Shown: one piece after another, positions 1 to 11,364 of the stretch
How the letters are laid out: each line of letters begins with the position of its first letter
How positions within the stretch are numbered: the first letter of the stretch is position 1
From: Candidatus Binatia bacterium
GTDB lineage: Bacteria > Desulfobacterota > Binatia > Bin18
Length of the DNA: 64,000 nt
Direction of reading: 5' to 3'
Assembly: GCA_963664395.2 (NCBI GenBank)
Contig: OY761159.2
Coordinates: 3,904,001-3,968,000, forward strand
Position numbers and translations under genes: made by a program
Notes under the pieces: model-generated
The model's database searches: none
What the model was told of the DNA's origin: nothing
What the model saw: the letters and a program-made list of their open reading frames with translations, nothing else

Positions 1-89
1 AGGCCACACTGGCCGCACTGGAAAGCTTGGAGGGTCCAGAGCAGGTTGCCGAGCGGAGGGGGAAACCCTCGCTGCTCATGAAAGGATAA
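1..89 (+). CDS. rpsE: 30S ribosomal protein S5, 3' end (truncated by window)
   Basis: Frame 3 reads ATLAALESLEGPEQVAERRGK...* (TAA 87-89), a typical S5 C-terminus; directly upstream of L30. Confidence 0.85.
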   Translation, partial: ATLAALESLEGPEQVAERRGKPSLLMKG

Positions 90-92
90 GGC

Positions 93-296
93 ATGGCAGA
101 CGCGGGAAAAGGGAAGGTTTTAGCCATCACCTTAAAGCGTAGTGAAATTGGAGGCACTCGGCGTCAGCGCGAGACGCTGCGCGGCCTTGGACTGAAACAT
201 GTTGGGAAGACTGTGCTGCGGAACGATTCGTCATCACTCCAAGGGATGGTGAATCGAGTGTCCCATCTTATCGAGGTGCGTGAGAATGGATCTTAG
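93..296 (+). CDS. rpmD: 50S ribosomal protein L30
   Basis: ITLKRSEIG..RQRETLRGLGL...GMVNRVSHLI; spc operon position. Confidence 0.95.
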   Translation: MADAGKGKVLAITLKRSEIGGTRRQRETLRGLGLKHVGKTVLRNDSSSLQGMVNRVSHLIEVRENGS

Positions 297-726
297 TCAC
301 TTAAAGCCCGCCCCTGGGGCGATGAAAAAACGGAAACGGGTCGGCCGCGGTCCTGGCTCTGGACTCGGAAAAACAGCAGGTCGAGGTCATAAAGGAAGCG
401 GCGCGCGCTCTGGTGGAAATATCCCGCCTGGTTATGAGGGTGGACAAATGCCGCTCTCCCGCAGGCTGCCCAAACGAGGATTTCACAATCCGTTTCGGCA
501 AGAGTACACCATCATTAACATTGGGAGTCTGGAACGCTTTGAGGCTGGTGCTGTAGTCGATCTTGATGTTTTCCGCCAGTCTGGTCTCGTGTGTGGCCGT
601 AAGTGTAAGGTAAAAATATTGGCAAAGGGAGAACTGACAAAGGCCCTGACTGTCAGAGCCCATGCCTTTAGCTCGCAAGCCCGTGAAAAGATCACTGCGC
701 TGGGAGGGATAGCTGAGGTCGGGTAA
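286..726 (+). CDS. rplO: 50S ribosomal protein L15
   Basis: RVGRGPGSGLGKTAGRGHKG and YEGGQMPL.RRLPKRGF motifs; ATG at 286 preferred over GTG at 280. Confidence 0.97.
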   Translation: MDLSHLKPAPGAMKKRKRVGRGPGSGLGKTAGRGHKGSGARSGGNIPPGYEGGQMPLSRRLPKRGFHNPFRQEYTIINIGSLERFEAGAVVDLDVFRQSGLVCGRKCKVKILAKGELTKALTVRAHAFSSQAREKITALGGIAEVG

Positions 727-728
727 CA

Positions 729-2039
729 ATGCTCGAAGGCTTACAAAACGCGGCAAAGATATCAGACCTGCGCCGGCGCCTCCTCTTCACATTCGCCTTG
801 CTCGCCGTTTATCGAATCGGAGTCGCGATACCAACTCCGGGCATTGACGGAGATGGTATCGCAGCGTTCTTCGAGCAAGCCGCGAGTACTGTTTTTGGTC
901 TGGTGAACCTCTTCTCAGGCGGCGCTCTTGAGCGTTTCTCTATCTTTGCGCTGGGCATTATGCCCTATATTAGTGCATCAATTATCTTTCAGCTCTTGAC
1001 TGTAGTGATCCCGACGCTTGAGCGTCTGTCAAAAGAAGGCGAACAAGGGCGACGTAAGATTACACAGTATACACGCTACAGCACTGTTGGTTTAGCCCTC
1101 CTCCAGGGCCTCTTTATCAGTATTGGACTCGAACAGATTCAGGCACCTGGAGGGAGCCCAGTTGTTTTCAATCCGGGCTGGGAGTTTCGTCTCATGACGA
1201 TGATTACCCTTGCCGCCGGTACTGCTTTCATCATGTGGTTAGGTGAACAGATTACCGAGCGTGGAGTTGGCAATGGTATCTCTCTCATCATTTTCGCTGG
1301 TATTGTCTCCAGTATTCCCTCAGCGGTGACCGCAACGACTGAGTTTGTTCGAGAGGGCGAATTGAGCATCCTTTTGCTGCTTCTCCTGCTAGCAGGCATG
1401 GTTGCAATCGTTGCTGCAGTAATCTTTATGGAACGTGGGCAGCGCCGTATTTCGGTTCAGTATGCAAAACGGGTTGTGGGCAGAAGAGTATATGGCGGGC
1501 AAAGTTCCCATCTTCCACTGAAAGTGAACACTGCTGGAGTTATCCCCCCGATTTTTGCCTCCTCAGTTCTTATTTTTCCGGCTACAATTGCCGGCTTTGC
1601 CGACCATCCGTGGGCACAAACCGTTGCCAATGTTCTGACACCGGGAAGTTGGATATATAATGTCAGTTATGTCGGGATGATTATCTTCTTCTGCTATTTC
1701 TATACTGCTGTTGTATTTAATCCTACTGATGTTGCCGACAATATGAAAAAAAATGGCGGGTTTATTCCTGGCATCCGTCCTGGGCAACGAACAGCAGACT
1801 ATATTGATCGTGTCTTAAGTCGTATCACACTGACTGGAGCAATTTATGTCTCCATCGTCTGTGTTTTGCCTAACCTCCTGGTCGGGTCCTTTAACGTGCC
1901 ATTTTTCTTTGGTGGGACAGCGCTGCTTATTGTCGTTGGCGTTGCTCTGGACACGGCAGCTCAGATTGAAACACAGCTCATCATGCGGAACTATGAAGGC
2001 TTTATGAAGCGCGGTCGCCTCAGAGGAAGACGAGGGTAG
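729..2039 (+). CDS. secY: Preprotein translocase subunit SecY
   Basis: SIFALGIMPYISASII, WLGEQITERGVGNGISLIIF, FIPGIRPG, FGGTALLIVV motifs. Confidence 0.98.
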   Translation: MLEGLQNAAKISDLRRRLLFTFALLAVYRIGVAIPTPGIDGDGIAAFFEQAASTVFGLVNLFSGGALERFSIFALGIMPYISASIIFQLLTVVIPTLERLSKEGEQGRRKITQYTRYSTVGLALLQGLFISIGLEQIQAPGGSPVVFNPGWEFRLMTMITLAAGTAFIMWLGEQITERGVGNGISLIIFAGIVSSIPSAVTATTEFVREGELSILLLLLLLAGMVAIVAAVIFMERGQRRISVQYAKRVVGRRVYGGQSSHLPLKVNTAGVIPPIFASSVLIFPATIAGFADHPWAQTVANVLTPGSWIYNVSYVGMIIFFCYFYTAVVFNPTDVADNMKKNGGFIPGIRPGQRTADYIDRVLSRITLTGAIYVSIVCVLPNLLVGSFNVPFFFGGTALLIVVGVALDTAAQIETQLIMRNYEGFMKRGRLRGRRG

Positions 2040-2089
2040 AAGGAAAGAGTCGAGGCAGCAGGTAGAGGTCCCAGTATGGTTTCTCATCG

Positions 2090-2857
2090 ATGATTTTTCT
2101 GAAATCCCTTGAAGAAATAGAGATAATGCGGACAGCGAACCGTATTGTTGCAGAGATTCTTAGTGAACTGCGACAGCGTGTTCAGCCGGGCATCTCAACC
2201 GGAGAGATTGATTGTGTAGCGGAAGAATTGATTGGGAAAAAGAAAGCAAAGACCGCGTTCAAAGGGTATACGATTCGGAATGGCTCCGTTCCGTTCCCCG
2301 CCCATATCTGTATTTCTTTGAATAATGAAGTAGTCCACGGTATCCCATCTCACCAGCGTATCATTAGAGATGGGGATGTCGTCAGCTTGGATTTTGGTGT
2401 AGTGTATAACAGATTTTATGGTGACGCGGCCGTGTCCTTTGCGGTTGGAGAGACTGACCACTCCATACTACAGCTTTTAGACACGACTGCTGCCGCTCTT
2501 GAAGCTGGAATATGCCACGCGTGTATTGGCAATCGTCTCGGCGACGTATCTGCCGCAGTTCAGGAGTATGTCGAGCGGGATGGTTTTTCTATTGTGCGAG
2601 AATTTGTTGGACATGGGGTTGGTCGTAAGCTACATGAAGACCCGCCTGTCCCCAATTATGGCGTGCGGAATCGGGGTGTCCGTTTGCGCGAAGGGATGGT
2701 CATCGCGATTGAGCCCATGGTGAATATGGGTGCTCCGGAAGTCGCTATGCTAGAGGATGGGTGGACTGCTGTGACAAAAGACGGCAGTCTCTCAGCGCAC
2801 TTTGAGCATTCGGTTGCGATTATGGCAGATGGACCGGTTGTGCTTAGTAGAATATAA
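2090..2857 (+). CDS. map: Type I methionine aminopeptidase
   Basis: [37 protein letters not shown] metal-site motifs. Confidence 0.97.
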   Translation: MIFLKSLEEIEIMRTANRIVAEILSELRQRVQPGISTGEIDCVAEELIGKKKAKTAFKGYTIRNGSVPFPAHICISLNNEVVHGIPSHQRIIRDGDVVSLDFGVVYNRFYGDAAVSFAVGETDHSILQLLDTTAAALEAGICHACIGNRLGDVSAAVQEYVERDGFSIVREFVGHGVGRKLHEDPPVPNYGVRNRGVRLREGMVIAIEPMVNMGAPEVAMLEDGWTAVTKDGSLSAHFEHSVAIMADGPVVLSRI

Positions 2858-2913
2858 GAGAAAAGTACAAATATACTCAACCTTTTTCATACAAGAATAG
2901 GAACGAGGTTCGT

Positions 2914-3027
2914 ATGAAAGTTCGTGCTTCTGTGAAGCCGATGTGTCGAAAGTGCAAGATTATTAAACGAAAAGGCGTTATCCGGGTCATCTGTGAAAAC
3001 CCACGACACAAGCAACGACAAGGCTAG
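2914..3027 (+). CDS. rpmJ: 50S ribosomal protein L36 (zinc-ribbon type); not in the ORF track
   Basis: Read by eye: [37 protein letters not shown]; GAGGT RBS upstream. Confidence 0.97.
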   Translation: MKVRASVKPMCRKCKIIKRKGVIRVICENPRHKQRQG

Positions 3028-3069
3028 GCGTTTTCCTGACGTGAGTTAAAGCAAGAGCGGAGAAATCGT

Positions 3070-3453
3070 ATGGCACGTATTGCGGGTATCGAGTTACCCC
3101 GGAACAAGAAAATCGGTGTCGGTCTCACCTATATCTATGGGATTGGACGGGTCACTGCACTCAAAATTCTGGCCGCGGCGGGAGTTGATCCACGCGCGAA
3201 TTCTGATGCGTTGGCTGATGATGAGATTGTAAACATTCGGCGTATTATTGACCAAGATCATCGTGTCGAGGGAGACCTCAGGCGGGATGTTACGAGTCAT
3301 ATTAAACACTATATTGACATTGGGGCATACCGGGGCCTACGACATCGTCGGAACCTGCCGGTCCGCGGTCAAAAGACGAAAAATAATTCTCGGACGCGCA
3401 AGGGGCCGAGACGGACCGTCGCTGGAAGGAAGGTCGCGCCTACTCCTAGATAA
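3070..3453 (+). CDS. rpsM: 30S ribosomal protein S13
   Basis: [38 protein letters not shown]. Confidence 0.98.
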   Translation: MARIAGIELPRNKKIGVGLTYIYGIGRVTALKILAAAGVDPRANSDALADDEIVNIRRIIDQDHRVEGDLRRDVTSHIKHYIDIGAYRGLRHRRNLPVRGQKTKNNSRTRKGPRRTVAGRKVAPTPR

Positions 3454-3480
3454 TGCGAGGCGCGAGAGGAGGAGCACAGT

Positions 3481-3879
3481 ATGGCGAAAGCTGGAGATCG
3501 GTCTACCTCACGGAAGAGGAAAATTCGGAAAAACATTCCAGAAGGTGTGGTGAATATCCATTCGACTTTCAACAACACTATCGTGACAATTGCAGACCCG
3601 CAGGGGAACACTGTGGCATGGGCGAGCGCGGGGAGTGTGGGACTGAAGGGATCGCGCAAGGGCACACCGTTTGCCGCCCAAATGGCAGCAGAGAGTGCTG
3701 CGCGTAAAGCAGCTGATGCTGGTATGCGCTCGGTTCAAGTGCATGTGAAGGGACCCGGTGCTGGGAGAGAATCCGCTCTGCGCGCGCTGCAGTCAGCTGG
3801 GTTTGCGGTGAGCCTTATCCGGGACGTCACGCCTATCCCTCACAATGGCTGTCGTCCGCCCAAGCGTCGAAGAGTCTAA
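3481..3879 (+). CDS. rpsK: 30S ribosomal protein S11
   Basis: [39 protein letters not shown]. Confidence 0.98.
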   Translation: MAKAGDRSTSRKRKIRKNIPEGVVNIHSTFNNTIVTIADPQGNTVAWASAGSVGLKGSRKGTPFAAQMAAESAARKAADAGMRSVQVHVKGPGAGRESALRALQSAGFAVSLIRDVTPIPHNGCRPPKRRRV

Positions 3880-3926
3880 GGGGCTGGGTGTACGAGTAGG
3901 GAACTGATAGAGATCAGGAGGTTTTT

Positions 3927-4559
3927 GTGGCACGATATAGAGGCCCGTCTTGTCGTCTGTGCCGTCGAGAAGGGTTGAAACTCTTTCTCAAAGGCGAACG
4001 TTGTTACACGGATAAATGTGCTATCGAGAGAAGAAGCTACCCACCAGGGCAGCATGGCCAGGGGAGAGGAAGAAAGGCGACCGAGTACAGTGTTCAGCTG
4101 CGAGAGAAGCAAAAGTTGAAACGTATCTATGGGGCGCTTGAGGGACCGTTCCGTCGTCTTTTTGCACGGGCCGAGCGCCAACGTGGAATCACTGGTGAAA
4201 ATCTTTTGATTCTTCTCGAGAGCCGTCTCGATAACATGGTGTACCGGATGGGATTCGCGACCTCACGCTCAGAGGCTCGCCAGCTGATACGACATGGCCA
4301 TTTTCGCGTTAACGGTCGAAGAGTAACTATTCCATCATATTGTGTGAAAGCTGGAGACGAAGTGCAAGTGCGCGAGGCGAGCCGAAAGATTACCCGTATC
4401 CAAGAATCCGTCGAGCTTGCCCAGCGACGCGGGGTGCCAGAATGGCTTGAGGTTCAGATGGATTCTTTTGCTGGAAAAGTCCGTGCCCTACCGGCTCGGT
4501 CGGAGATTACATTGCCTATCAACGAACAATTGATTGTGGAGTTGTACTCGAAAGTCTAG
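3927..4559 (+). CDS. rpsD: 30S ribosomal protein S4
   Basis: [43 protein letters not shown]; GTG start after AGGAGG. Confidence 0.98.
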   Translation: MARYRGPSCRLCRREGLKLFLKGERCYTDKCAIERRSYPPGQHGQGRGRKATEYSVQLREKQKLKRIYGALEGPFRRLFARAERQRGITGENLLILLESRLDNMVYRMGFATSRSEARQLIRHGHFRVNGRRVTIPSYCVKAGDEVQVREASRKITRIQESVELAQRRGVPEWLEVQMDSFAGKVRALPARSEITLPINEQLIVELYSKV

Positions 4560-4620
4560 CGTAATGGATTGGCGTGTCGGGTCGTATTAGGCATGGACGC
4601 AGGACGAAAGAGGGAGCAAC

Positions 4621-5640
4621 ATGCAGGAGAGTGATCTCATCAAGCCCAAAGCGCTTGATGTTGAGGACAAAACCCTGACCCCCACGTACGGCCGCTTTAT
4701 CGGCGAGCCCTTTGAACGTGGATTTGGGACAACATTGGGCAATGCCCTGAGGCGAATTCTTCTCTCCTCATTACCTGGGGCTGCTATCACCAAGGTGCGG
4801 ATTCAAGATGTCGTGCATGAATTCTCGACTATTCCTGGTGTAACGGAAGATGTCACAGATATCCTTCTTAATCTCAAAGAAGTGAGATTTCATCTCCGCG
4901 ACAGCAATATGGAAACAGCCACACTGAACGTGCATAGCGCGAAGAGTATCTGCGCTGGGGACCTGATAGTGGGCCCTCAGGTTGACATTCTCAATCCAGA
5001 GACCCATGTGGCGAAGCTGGGCAAGGACGGAAAGCTCGAAGTCGAAGTCGAGATCTGCAGAGGGCGTGGATATGTGACGGCTGAACGGAATAAGTCCGAA
5101 GAGGACCCGGTTGGAACAATTCCCCTCGATGCGGTGTTTTCCCCTGTCCGAAAGGTCAATGTCACTGTGACCAACGCGCGTGTTGGTCAGCGGACGGACT
5201 ACGAAAGATTGGCACTTGAAGTCTGGACTGATGGCAGTATTGAGCCGAGAGAAGCGGTGGCTGAGGCCGCACGGATCGCTCAGGAGCAGCTATCTATCTT
5301 TTCTGGCCCCGCAGAAGAGATAGATAGTCAAGAAGAAGGCATGGGCCAGGAAGACCAGTCACCAACGAATGAGAATCTTTTCCGGCCCATTGAAGAATTG
5401 GCGCTCTCAGTCCGTTCTGCCAATTGCCTCCAAAGTGCAGATCTTCGATATGTAGGAGAGCTCGTCGTCAAGACCGAACCCGAACTTCTCAAAACGAAAA
5501 ATTTCGGGCGGAAGTCATTCAACGAGATTAAGGAATTGCTCCATGAGATGGGGTTAGAACTTGGCATGCATCTGGAAGCATTTCCCCCTCGGGAAGAGCT
5601 GGACCGGATGCGAGTATCCCGTGAGGGCAATCTGGCCTAG
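4621..5640 (+). CDS. rpoA: RNA polymerase alpha subunit
   Basis: [48 protein letters not shown]. Confidence 0.98.
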   Translation: MQESDLIKPKALDVEDKTLTPTYGRFIGEPFERGFGTTLGNALRRILLSSLPGAAITKVRIQDVVHEFSTIPGVTEDVTDILLNLKEVRFHLRDSNMETATLNVHSAKSICAGDLIVGPQVDILNPETHVAKLGKDGKLEVEVEICRGRGYVTAERNKSEEDPVGTIPLDAVFSPVRKVNVTVTNARVGQRTDYERLALEVWTDGSIEPREAVAEAARIAQEQLSIFSGPAEEIDSQEEGMGQEDQSPTNENLFRPIEELALSVRSANCLQSADLRYVGELVVKTEPELLKTKNFGRKSFNEIKELLHEMGLELGMHLEAFPPREELDRMRVSREGNLA

Positions 5641-5674
5641 CCGGAGTCTCAGGGGGACAAGGGAAGCGAGAAAG

Positions 5675-6073
5675 ATGCGACATCTGAAAGCAGGGCGAAA
5701 ACTGAATCGTACAGCAGCGCATAGAAAAGCGCTGATGCGGAACTTGCTGAAAGCCTTGTTGCTACGTGAACAAATCCGAACGACCGACGCTAAGGCCAAA
5801 GAACTCCGTGGCTGGGCGGACCGCATGGTGACTCTTGGAAAAAAGAATTCGGTCCATGCGCGTCGTCTCGCTTTCTCGTATCTTGGTAGCCGAAAACTGG
5901 TACAGCGCCTGTTTGATGAAGTTGCCCCGCGCTTTCAGGGCCGGGCGGGCGGATATACACGAGTGCTGAAAATAGGTCCGCGCCGTGGGGATGCTGCCCC
6001 TGTCTCGCTTGTCGAATTCACTGAACGGGCAAGCACTCCTTCAACAGTAGGAGGAGGCGCTGACAGCGCATAG
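5675..6073 (+). CDS. rplQ: 50S ribosomal protein L17
   Basis: [34 protein letters not shown]...RRGDAA; start reassigned to ATG 5675. Confidence 0.97.
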   Translation: MRHLKAGRKLNRTAAHRKALMRNLLKALLLREQIRTTDAKAKELRGWADRMVTLGKKNSVHARRLAFSYLGSRKLVQRLFDEVAPRFQGRAGGYTRVLKIGPRRGDAAPVSLVEFTERASTPSTVGGGADSA

Positions 6074-6160
6074 AGACCATGTTGATGGTCAGTGTACCAG
6101 TGGGGATGACCGAGAATCTGAGAAGCTCTCCGAAGAGTACGCCTCGGAGGACGAATGGGT

Positions 6161-6184
6161 AAGGGGGCGCACGGTTCCCCCTTT
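6161..6184 (+). terminator. Possible intrinsic terminator of the alpha operon
   Basis: AAGGGGG-gap-CCCCCTT stem followed by a short T run; weak U-tract. Confidence 0.35.
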
Positions 6185-6240
6185 GTCGTCTCTCTGGACG
6201 AGACGGGGTGCATAGTGGGGAATAGGAGGAAGGACCCGCC

Positions 6241-6861
6241 ATGGCTGTTCGACAGTATGCCTTTCACTTCAATCTCTCCGAAGGGTGTATTGTATTATTA
6301 AGTACAGTGGTGAGTTTTCTTCTTGTCTTTGCTTTTGGAGTCTATATCGGAAAAGAAGTACAGGCGTACAAAACTGCCCAAGAAACGCGGCCCGTTCGTT
6401 TTCCTGTCGGCCATCCTGAAGATAAAGTGTCTGCGAGTCCTCCATCCTACGCCCTTCCGCCGACTCTGGAGAAGCGGGCTCAGAGAGACCAATCGCCGTC
6501 GCCTTCAGCCCCTCCCGTCGGGGTGAATGTTTCTACGACTTCGGCAAGCGTATCGCAAAACAAAAAACGAGTGGCCCCCGCTCCAATCGGAGTCAAATCA
6601 CAATACAAAAAAGAGCAGACTCGACTCCCCAGTGAGTGGAGCATTCAGATCCATGTCACAAAGAGTCGACGTACGGCGCGTCAACTTGCCGCGGAGCTCC
6701 GCACACAAGGCCATACCGCCTCCGTCAATACGCTTACAAAGAACGGAGAAGTATTGTACCGTTTGCGCGTTGGAACATTTACACAAGAAGAGGCCCAACG
6801 TGTGGCTGCGCGCTTTCGACGCGAAGGAAAATTCGCCCAAGCCTATCTGGTCTCAGATTAG
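6241..6861 (+). CDS. SPOR-domain cell division protein (FtsN/DedD-like)
   Basis: N-terminal TM helix, Pro/Ser-rich linker, C-terminal WSIQ...A..L..ELR..G...YRLRVG.F...A SPOR pattern. Confidence 0.85.
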   Translation: MAVRQYAFHFNLSEGCIVLLSTVVSFLLVFAFGVYIGKEVQAYKTAQETRPVRFPVGHPEDKVSASPPSYALPPTLEKRAQRDQSPSPSAPPVGVNVSTTSASVSQNKKRVAPAPIGVKSQYKKEQTRLPSEWSIQIHVTKSRRTARQLAAELRTQGHTASVNTLTKNGEVLYRLRVGTFTQEEAQRVAARFRREGKFAQAYLVSD

Positions 6862-6879
6862 CCCCTTAGTACTCCACCT

Positions 6880-7899
6880 ATGACTGTCAAAGATGCCATT
6901 GCCCACGTGGTTACCGGCGCAGATCTTACGGAAAAAGAGATGCGTACAGTCGTCACGGATCTGATGGACGGGCAAGCAACTCCGGCTCAGATTGGAGCCT
7001 TATTGACTGCGCTCCACATCAAGGGCGAGACCGTCGCTGAGATCTCTGGGGCAGCTGGGGCTATGCGAGCCATGGCAACGTCAGTTCGTCCGGGGCGAGC
7101 GGTCATTGATACGTGCGGAACGGGTGGAGACGGCTGTCATACGTTTAACATTTCGACCTGTGCCGCTTTTGTGGTCGCCGCCGCGGGTTTATGTGTGGCT
7201 AAACATGGAAATCGGGCAATGTCTGGAACGGTCGGCGGTGCCGATGTCTTAGAAACCCTCGGTGCCCGCATTGAGCTGTCTCCGCAGCATGTGGCCTATT
7301 GCATGCAGGAAGTCGGCTTCGGTTTCCTCCTTGCCCCAGCCTTCCACCGAGCTATGCGCCATGCCGTTGGCCCACGTCGGGAAGTTGGGATACGGACCAT
7401 CTTCAATATCCTGGGGCCCCTTACGAATCCGGCGGGAGCGCAATATCAACTCATTGGCGTCTTTGACCAGCGTTGGGTTCAGCCGCTGGCCGAAGCACTC
7501 GGACGATTGGGCTGTCAGCATGCCATGGTGGTGCATGGAGAGGATGGACTTGATGAAGTGTCTCTGAGCGGCCCGACGCAAGTTGCTGAGTGGGGGCCAC
7601 AGGGTGTCCAGACGTATACCATCAATCCGACTGATTACGGCTTTCCGTATCGTCCGTTAACAGCCCTGCAGGTCTCAAGTGCTCAGGAATCGGCAGACAT
7701 CATCCGGTCTGTCTTAGCCGGCACACCAGGACCACACCGAGACGTTGTGTTGCTCAATGCTGGGGCAGCCCTCTATGCCGGTAATGCGGTTGCTTCATTA
7801 GGAGACGGGATCGCGCTTGCCAGCGCAACAGTTGACAGTGGAGCCGCGACACGGACGCTGGAACGTTTTATCCCGCTGACGCACAGGGAAACGGTATGA
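6880..7899 (+). CDS. trpD: Anthranilate phosphoribosyltransferase
   Basis: DTCGTGGDG..TFNIST, KHGNRAMS, RTIFNILGPLTNP, GLDE. Confidence 0.97.
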   Translation: MTVKDAIAHVVTGADLTEKEMRTVVTDLMDGQATPAQIGALLTALHIKGETVAEISGAAGAMRAMATSVRPGRAVIDTCGTGGDGCHTFNISTCAAFVVAAAGLCVAKHGNRAMSGTVGGADVLETLGARIELSPQHVAYCMQEVGFGFLLAPAFHRAMRHAVGPRREVGIRTIFNILGPLTNPAGAQYQLIGVFDQRWVQPLAEALGRLGCQHAMVVHGEDGLDEVSLSGPTQVAEWGPQGVQTYTINPTDYGFPYRPLTALQVSSAQESADIIRSVLAGTPGPHRDVVLLNAGAALYAGNAVASLGDGIALASATVDSGAATRTLERFIPLTHRETV

Positions 7900-8678
7900 T
7901 TCTTGACGACATCGTGGCCTATAAACGAGAGGAACTTGCGCTCCAAAAACAGCGGGTATCGCTTGAGCAGCTCCAAGACATGCCGCTGTTCCACGCCCAT
8001 CCGCCTGGCTTTTTCCAGACGTTGTCTACCTGGAACGGGCGGACGGTTATTGCAGAGGTGAAAAAAGCGTCCCCCTCAAAGGGCGTTATTCGACAAGACT
8101 TTGACCCTCTTGCGCTCGCCCTTACATATGAGGCCTCGGGAGCGGCCGCTATCTCTGTTCTCACGGAAAAGAAGTTTTTTCAGGGAAGTCTCGACTATCT
8201 CAAACAGATCCGCCAGCAGGTAGCGCTGCCCCTCCTCAGAAAAGATTTTGTCTTTGACGACTACCAAGTATACGAAGCCCGCGCCTATGGCGCGAGTGCC
8301 ATTCTCTTAATTGTCGCGATTCTCGAAGATGCGCAGTTGCAAGACCTGAGTCATCTGGCTCAGACACAGGGGATCGACTGCCTGGTTGAAGTGCATGACG
8401 AAGCAGAATGCGAGCGTGCCCTGGCACAGGGAGTGTCTCTGCTTGGTATCAACAACCGGGACTTGCGTACCTTTCATACGACGATTGAGACCAGTGAACG
8501 TCTTGTTCAAGGCATGCCCTCCGATGTACTGGTAGTGTCTGAGAGTGGCCTGTCAACCCGGCACCAATTAGACCGACTCGAGGCTCAGGGGGTGCGGGCA
8601 TTCTTAATCGGTGAGACCTTTATGGCGGCTCCAGACCCCGGAGAGCCGCTCCGCTCGCTGTTAGGACATCCCACGTAG
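7896..8678 (+). CDS. trpC: Indole-3-glycerol phosphate synthase
   Basis: IAEVKKASPSKG, LRKDF, GINNRDL, VSESG. Confidence 0.97.
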   Translation: MILDDIVAYKREELALQKQRVSLEQLQDMPLFHAHPPGFFQTLSTWNGRTVIAEVKKASPSKGVIRQDFDPLALALTYEASGAAAISVLTEKKFFQGSLDYLKQIRQQVALPLLRKDFVFDDYQVYEARAYGASAILLIVAILEDAQLQDLSHLAQTQGIDCLVEVHDEAECERALAQGVSLLGINNRDLRTFHTTIETSERLVQGMPSDVLVVSESGLSTRHQLDRLEAQGVRAFLIGETFMAAPDPGEPLRSLLGHPT

Positions 8679-8685
8679 CTTGCTC

Positions 8686-9309
8686 ATGTCCGTCCACGTA
8701 AAAATCTGTGGTATTACGACTGTCGCTGATGCCCGGCTTGCCGTGCAGGCCGGCGCTGATCTGATTGGTCTGAACTTTTACCCGCCCAGCCCACGCTATA
8801 TTTCTGAGTCAACTGCCAAAATGATTCGGAGCATTCTTCCTCAGCACGTTCGCTGTGTCGGTATTTTCGTTAATGCGGAGCGTGCGCATATCGCCGCCTA
8901 TGTTCGGGCCCTCTCTCTTGACGTGATTCAGTTTCACGGTGATGAGGACGCCGCTGCCCTGACGGGCTGGCAAGTCGCGACTGTCAAGGCGGTCCGGGTC
9001 GACTCGGAGACATCGCTCCCTGAGCAGCTTGAAGGGATTACGGCGGACTACCTCCTCCTTGACACGTATAGTTCCCGCGGATACGGAGGGACGGGTGAGA
9101 CCTTTGCCTGGGAGCATGCTGCGGCCCTCCCTCGGATGTCCTTGGATCGGACGATTTTGGCTGGGGGGCTGAATTCAGAGAATGTGGCTGCTGCAGTTGC
9201 GACCATGCGGCCGTGGGCTGTCGATGTCGCCAGTGGTGTTGAGTCAGCTCCCGGACGGAAAGACGCAGAAAAACTACACGCGTTCATCAGCAATGCCAAG
9301 ACTGCCTGA
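8686..9309 (+). CDS. trpF: Phosphoribosylanthranilate isomerase
   Basis: [37 protein letters not shown]. Confidence 0.96.
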   Translation: MSVHVKICGITTVADARLAVQAGADLIGLNFYPPSPRYISESTAKMIRSILPQHVRCVGIFVNAERAHIAAYVRALSLDVIQFHGDEDAAALTGWQVATVKAVRVDSETSLPEQLEGITADYLLLDTYSSRGYGGTGETFAWEHAAALPRMSLDRTILAGGLNSENVAAAVATMRPWAVDVASGVESAPGRKDAEKLHAFISNAKTA

Positions 9310-10483
9310 TAAACATGGACATTTCGGGATCTATGGCGGCCGCTATGTGGCGGAGACCCTGATGCCGGCTTTGCTTGAGCTTGAAGATGTCTATCGTCAA
9401 TGCCGCACAGACCCGACGTTTAAACGAGAACTCCGCGTGCTTCAGCGTGAATATGTCGGCCGACCGACACCGTTAACCTTCGCCGCTCGCTTGACTGAGC
9501 GGCTTGGGGGAGCAAAGGTTTATCTTAAGCGCGAAGATCTGTGTCATACTGGTGCCCATAAGATTAATAACACCATCGGCCAGGCCTTATTGGCAAAACG
9601 CATGGGCAAAGAACGGCTCATTGCTGAAACCGGGGCTGGCCAACATGGGGTTGCAACGGCGACCGTTGCGGCCCTCCTCGGGTTCTCGTGCGAAGTCTTT
9701 ATGGGCCGTGAAGATACCGTACGCCAAGCGCCCAATGTTTTCCGAATGCGATTCTTGGGAGCAACGCTGCGGGAGGTCGTTTCCGGCAGCCAGACCCTTA
9801 AAGACGCGATGAATGAAGCCTTGCGTGACTGGATTACGCATGTGGCGCACACCTTTTATGTCATTGGAACAGTCGCCGGCCCGCATCCATATCCCATGTT
9901 GGTCCGCGACTTTCAGTCTGTTATCGGACGCGAGACCAAAAAGCAGATTGTGCAGCACGAAGGTCGTTTGCCTGACTACCTCATTGCCTGTGTTGGGGGT
10001 GGGAGCAACGCGATGGGCCTGTTTGCTCCCTTTCTCCGCGAAACCGCAGTCCACATGGTTGCGGTCGAGGCCGGGGGGCTCGGCGCGGGTCGGAATGCCG
10101 CCTCAATGTCAAACGGGTACGCGGGCGTACTCCACGGCAGCAAGACCTATATCCTACAGGACGAGACCGGCCAGATTGCCGCAACGCACTCGCTCGCACC
10201 CGGGCTGGACTATCCAGGCGTTGGACCCGAATTGAGCTATTGGAAGGACCGGCAGCGCATTCACTGTGTCACCGTCCAGGACGCGCAAGCAGTCGAAGGA
10301 ATGCGGCTCTTGGCTGAGACCGAGGGGATTATCCCTGCCCTGGAGAGTGCGCATGCCGTCTCCTATGCTGTGACCCTCGTCCCCCAACTTCCAGCTACGG
10401 CCGTTGTGGTGATTAATGTTTCTGGCCGAGGAGATAAAGATCTCCAAAGCGTGGCCAGCTTTCTGGGTGAAAACGCTCTATGA
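9293..10483 (+). CDS. trpB: Tryptophan synthase beta chain
   Basis: [18 protein letters not shown] motif, [24 protein letters not shown]; start reassigned to ATG 9293. Confidence 0.98.
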   Translation: MPRLPDKHGHFGIYGGRYVAETLMPALLELEDVYRQCRTDPTFKRELRVLQREYVGRPTPLTFAARLTERLGGAKVYLKREDLCHTGAHKINNTIGQALLAKRMGKERLIAETGAGQHGVATATVAALLGFSCEVFMGREDTVRQAPNVFRMRFLGATLREVVSGSQTLKDAMNEALRDWITHVAHTFYVIGTVAGPHPYPMLVRDFQSVIGRETKKQIVQHEGRLPDYLIACVGGGSNAMGLFAPFLRETAVHMVAVEAGGLGAGRNAASMSNGYAGVLHGSKTYILQDETGQIAATHSLAPGLDYPGVGPELSYWKDRQRIHCVTVQDAQAVEGMRLLAETEGIIPALESAHAVSYAVTLVPQLPATAVVVINVSGRGDKDLQSVASFLGENAL

Positions 10484-11331
10484 CGCGCATTGCCGACACC
10501 TTTGCCCAGTTGCGGGCCCGCGGAGAGGTCGGTCTCATCCCCTTCATCACCGCCGGAGATCCTGATATCGAGACGACCTTCGCCTTAGTCCATGAAATGG
10601 CCCGACAAGGGGCCGACATCATCGAACTCGGCGTACCGTTTTCCGACCCGATGGCCGACGGGCCGACGCTGCAACGTGCCGCACAACGTGCCTTGCAGCA
10701 CGGCACGTCGTTGACGCACGTCTTCGAGTTGGTGCGCCGTTTGCGACAGTCGCTCACGATCCCCATCCTGCTCTTCGGATATTATAATCCGATCTGGCGT
10801 TACGGTGGGGAGCGCTTTGCCGCCGATGCTCGCCAGGCGGGTGTTGACGGCGTGCTGTGCGTTGATTTACCGCCCGAAGAAGCAGAGGAGTTGAAACGAG
10901 AGACGGACCGCTACGACTTGGATATGATCTTTCTCCTCGCCCCGACCAGTTCGCTCGACCGAGCTCAGAGGGTACTGACCCGCGCGCGCGGATTCATCTA
11001 TTATGTCGCGGTGACGGGCGTGACGGGCGTCCGGGCGGCACTCCCAGCGGACCTGAGTGCTATGGTTCGCCGCATTCGCGCGATTTCCCCGGTGCCGGTT
11101 GGTGTCGGGTTCGGTATCGCCTCAGCGGAACACGCGGTGCAGGTCGCGGGCGTGGCTGATGCCGCTATTGTCGGAAGTGCGATTTCACAGATCATTGAGC
11201 AATCGCTGGGACAGCCTGCTCTGGTGCCGCGAGTGGGAGCGTTTGTTGCTGAGCTTAAAACAGCCTTGCGCAGTATCGCACCCGCCGCACGAAACGATAG
11301 CGGGGCTGCCCTGGCCCCACCACGGCCCTGA
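10480..11331 (+). CDS. trpA: Tryptophan synthase alpha chain
   Basis: [36 protein letters not shown]. Confidence 0.97.
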   Translation: MTRIADTFAQLRARGEVGLIPFITAGDPDIETTFALVHEMARQGADIIELGVPFSDPMADGPTLQRAAQRALQHGTSLTHVFELVRRLRQSLTIPILLFGYYNPIWRYGGERFAADARQAGVDGVLCVDLPPEEAEELKRETDRYDLDMIFLLAPTSSLDRAQRVLTRARGFIYYVAVTGVTGVRAALPADLSAMVRRIRAISPVPVGVGFGIASAEHAVQVAGVADAAIVGSAISQIIEQSLGQPALVPRVGAFVAELKTALRSIAPAARNDSGAALAPPRP

Positions 11332-11364
11332 CGACAGGCGAAGAGTACTGAAGGAAGAGCGGAT

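Noticed and set aside
6079-6162. 27-codon ORF upstream of the SPOR-trp operon as a trp attenuator leader peptide
   Set aside because: It contains no Trp codons and is separated from trpD by the SPOR gene.
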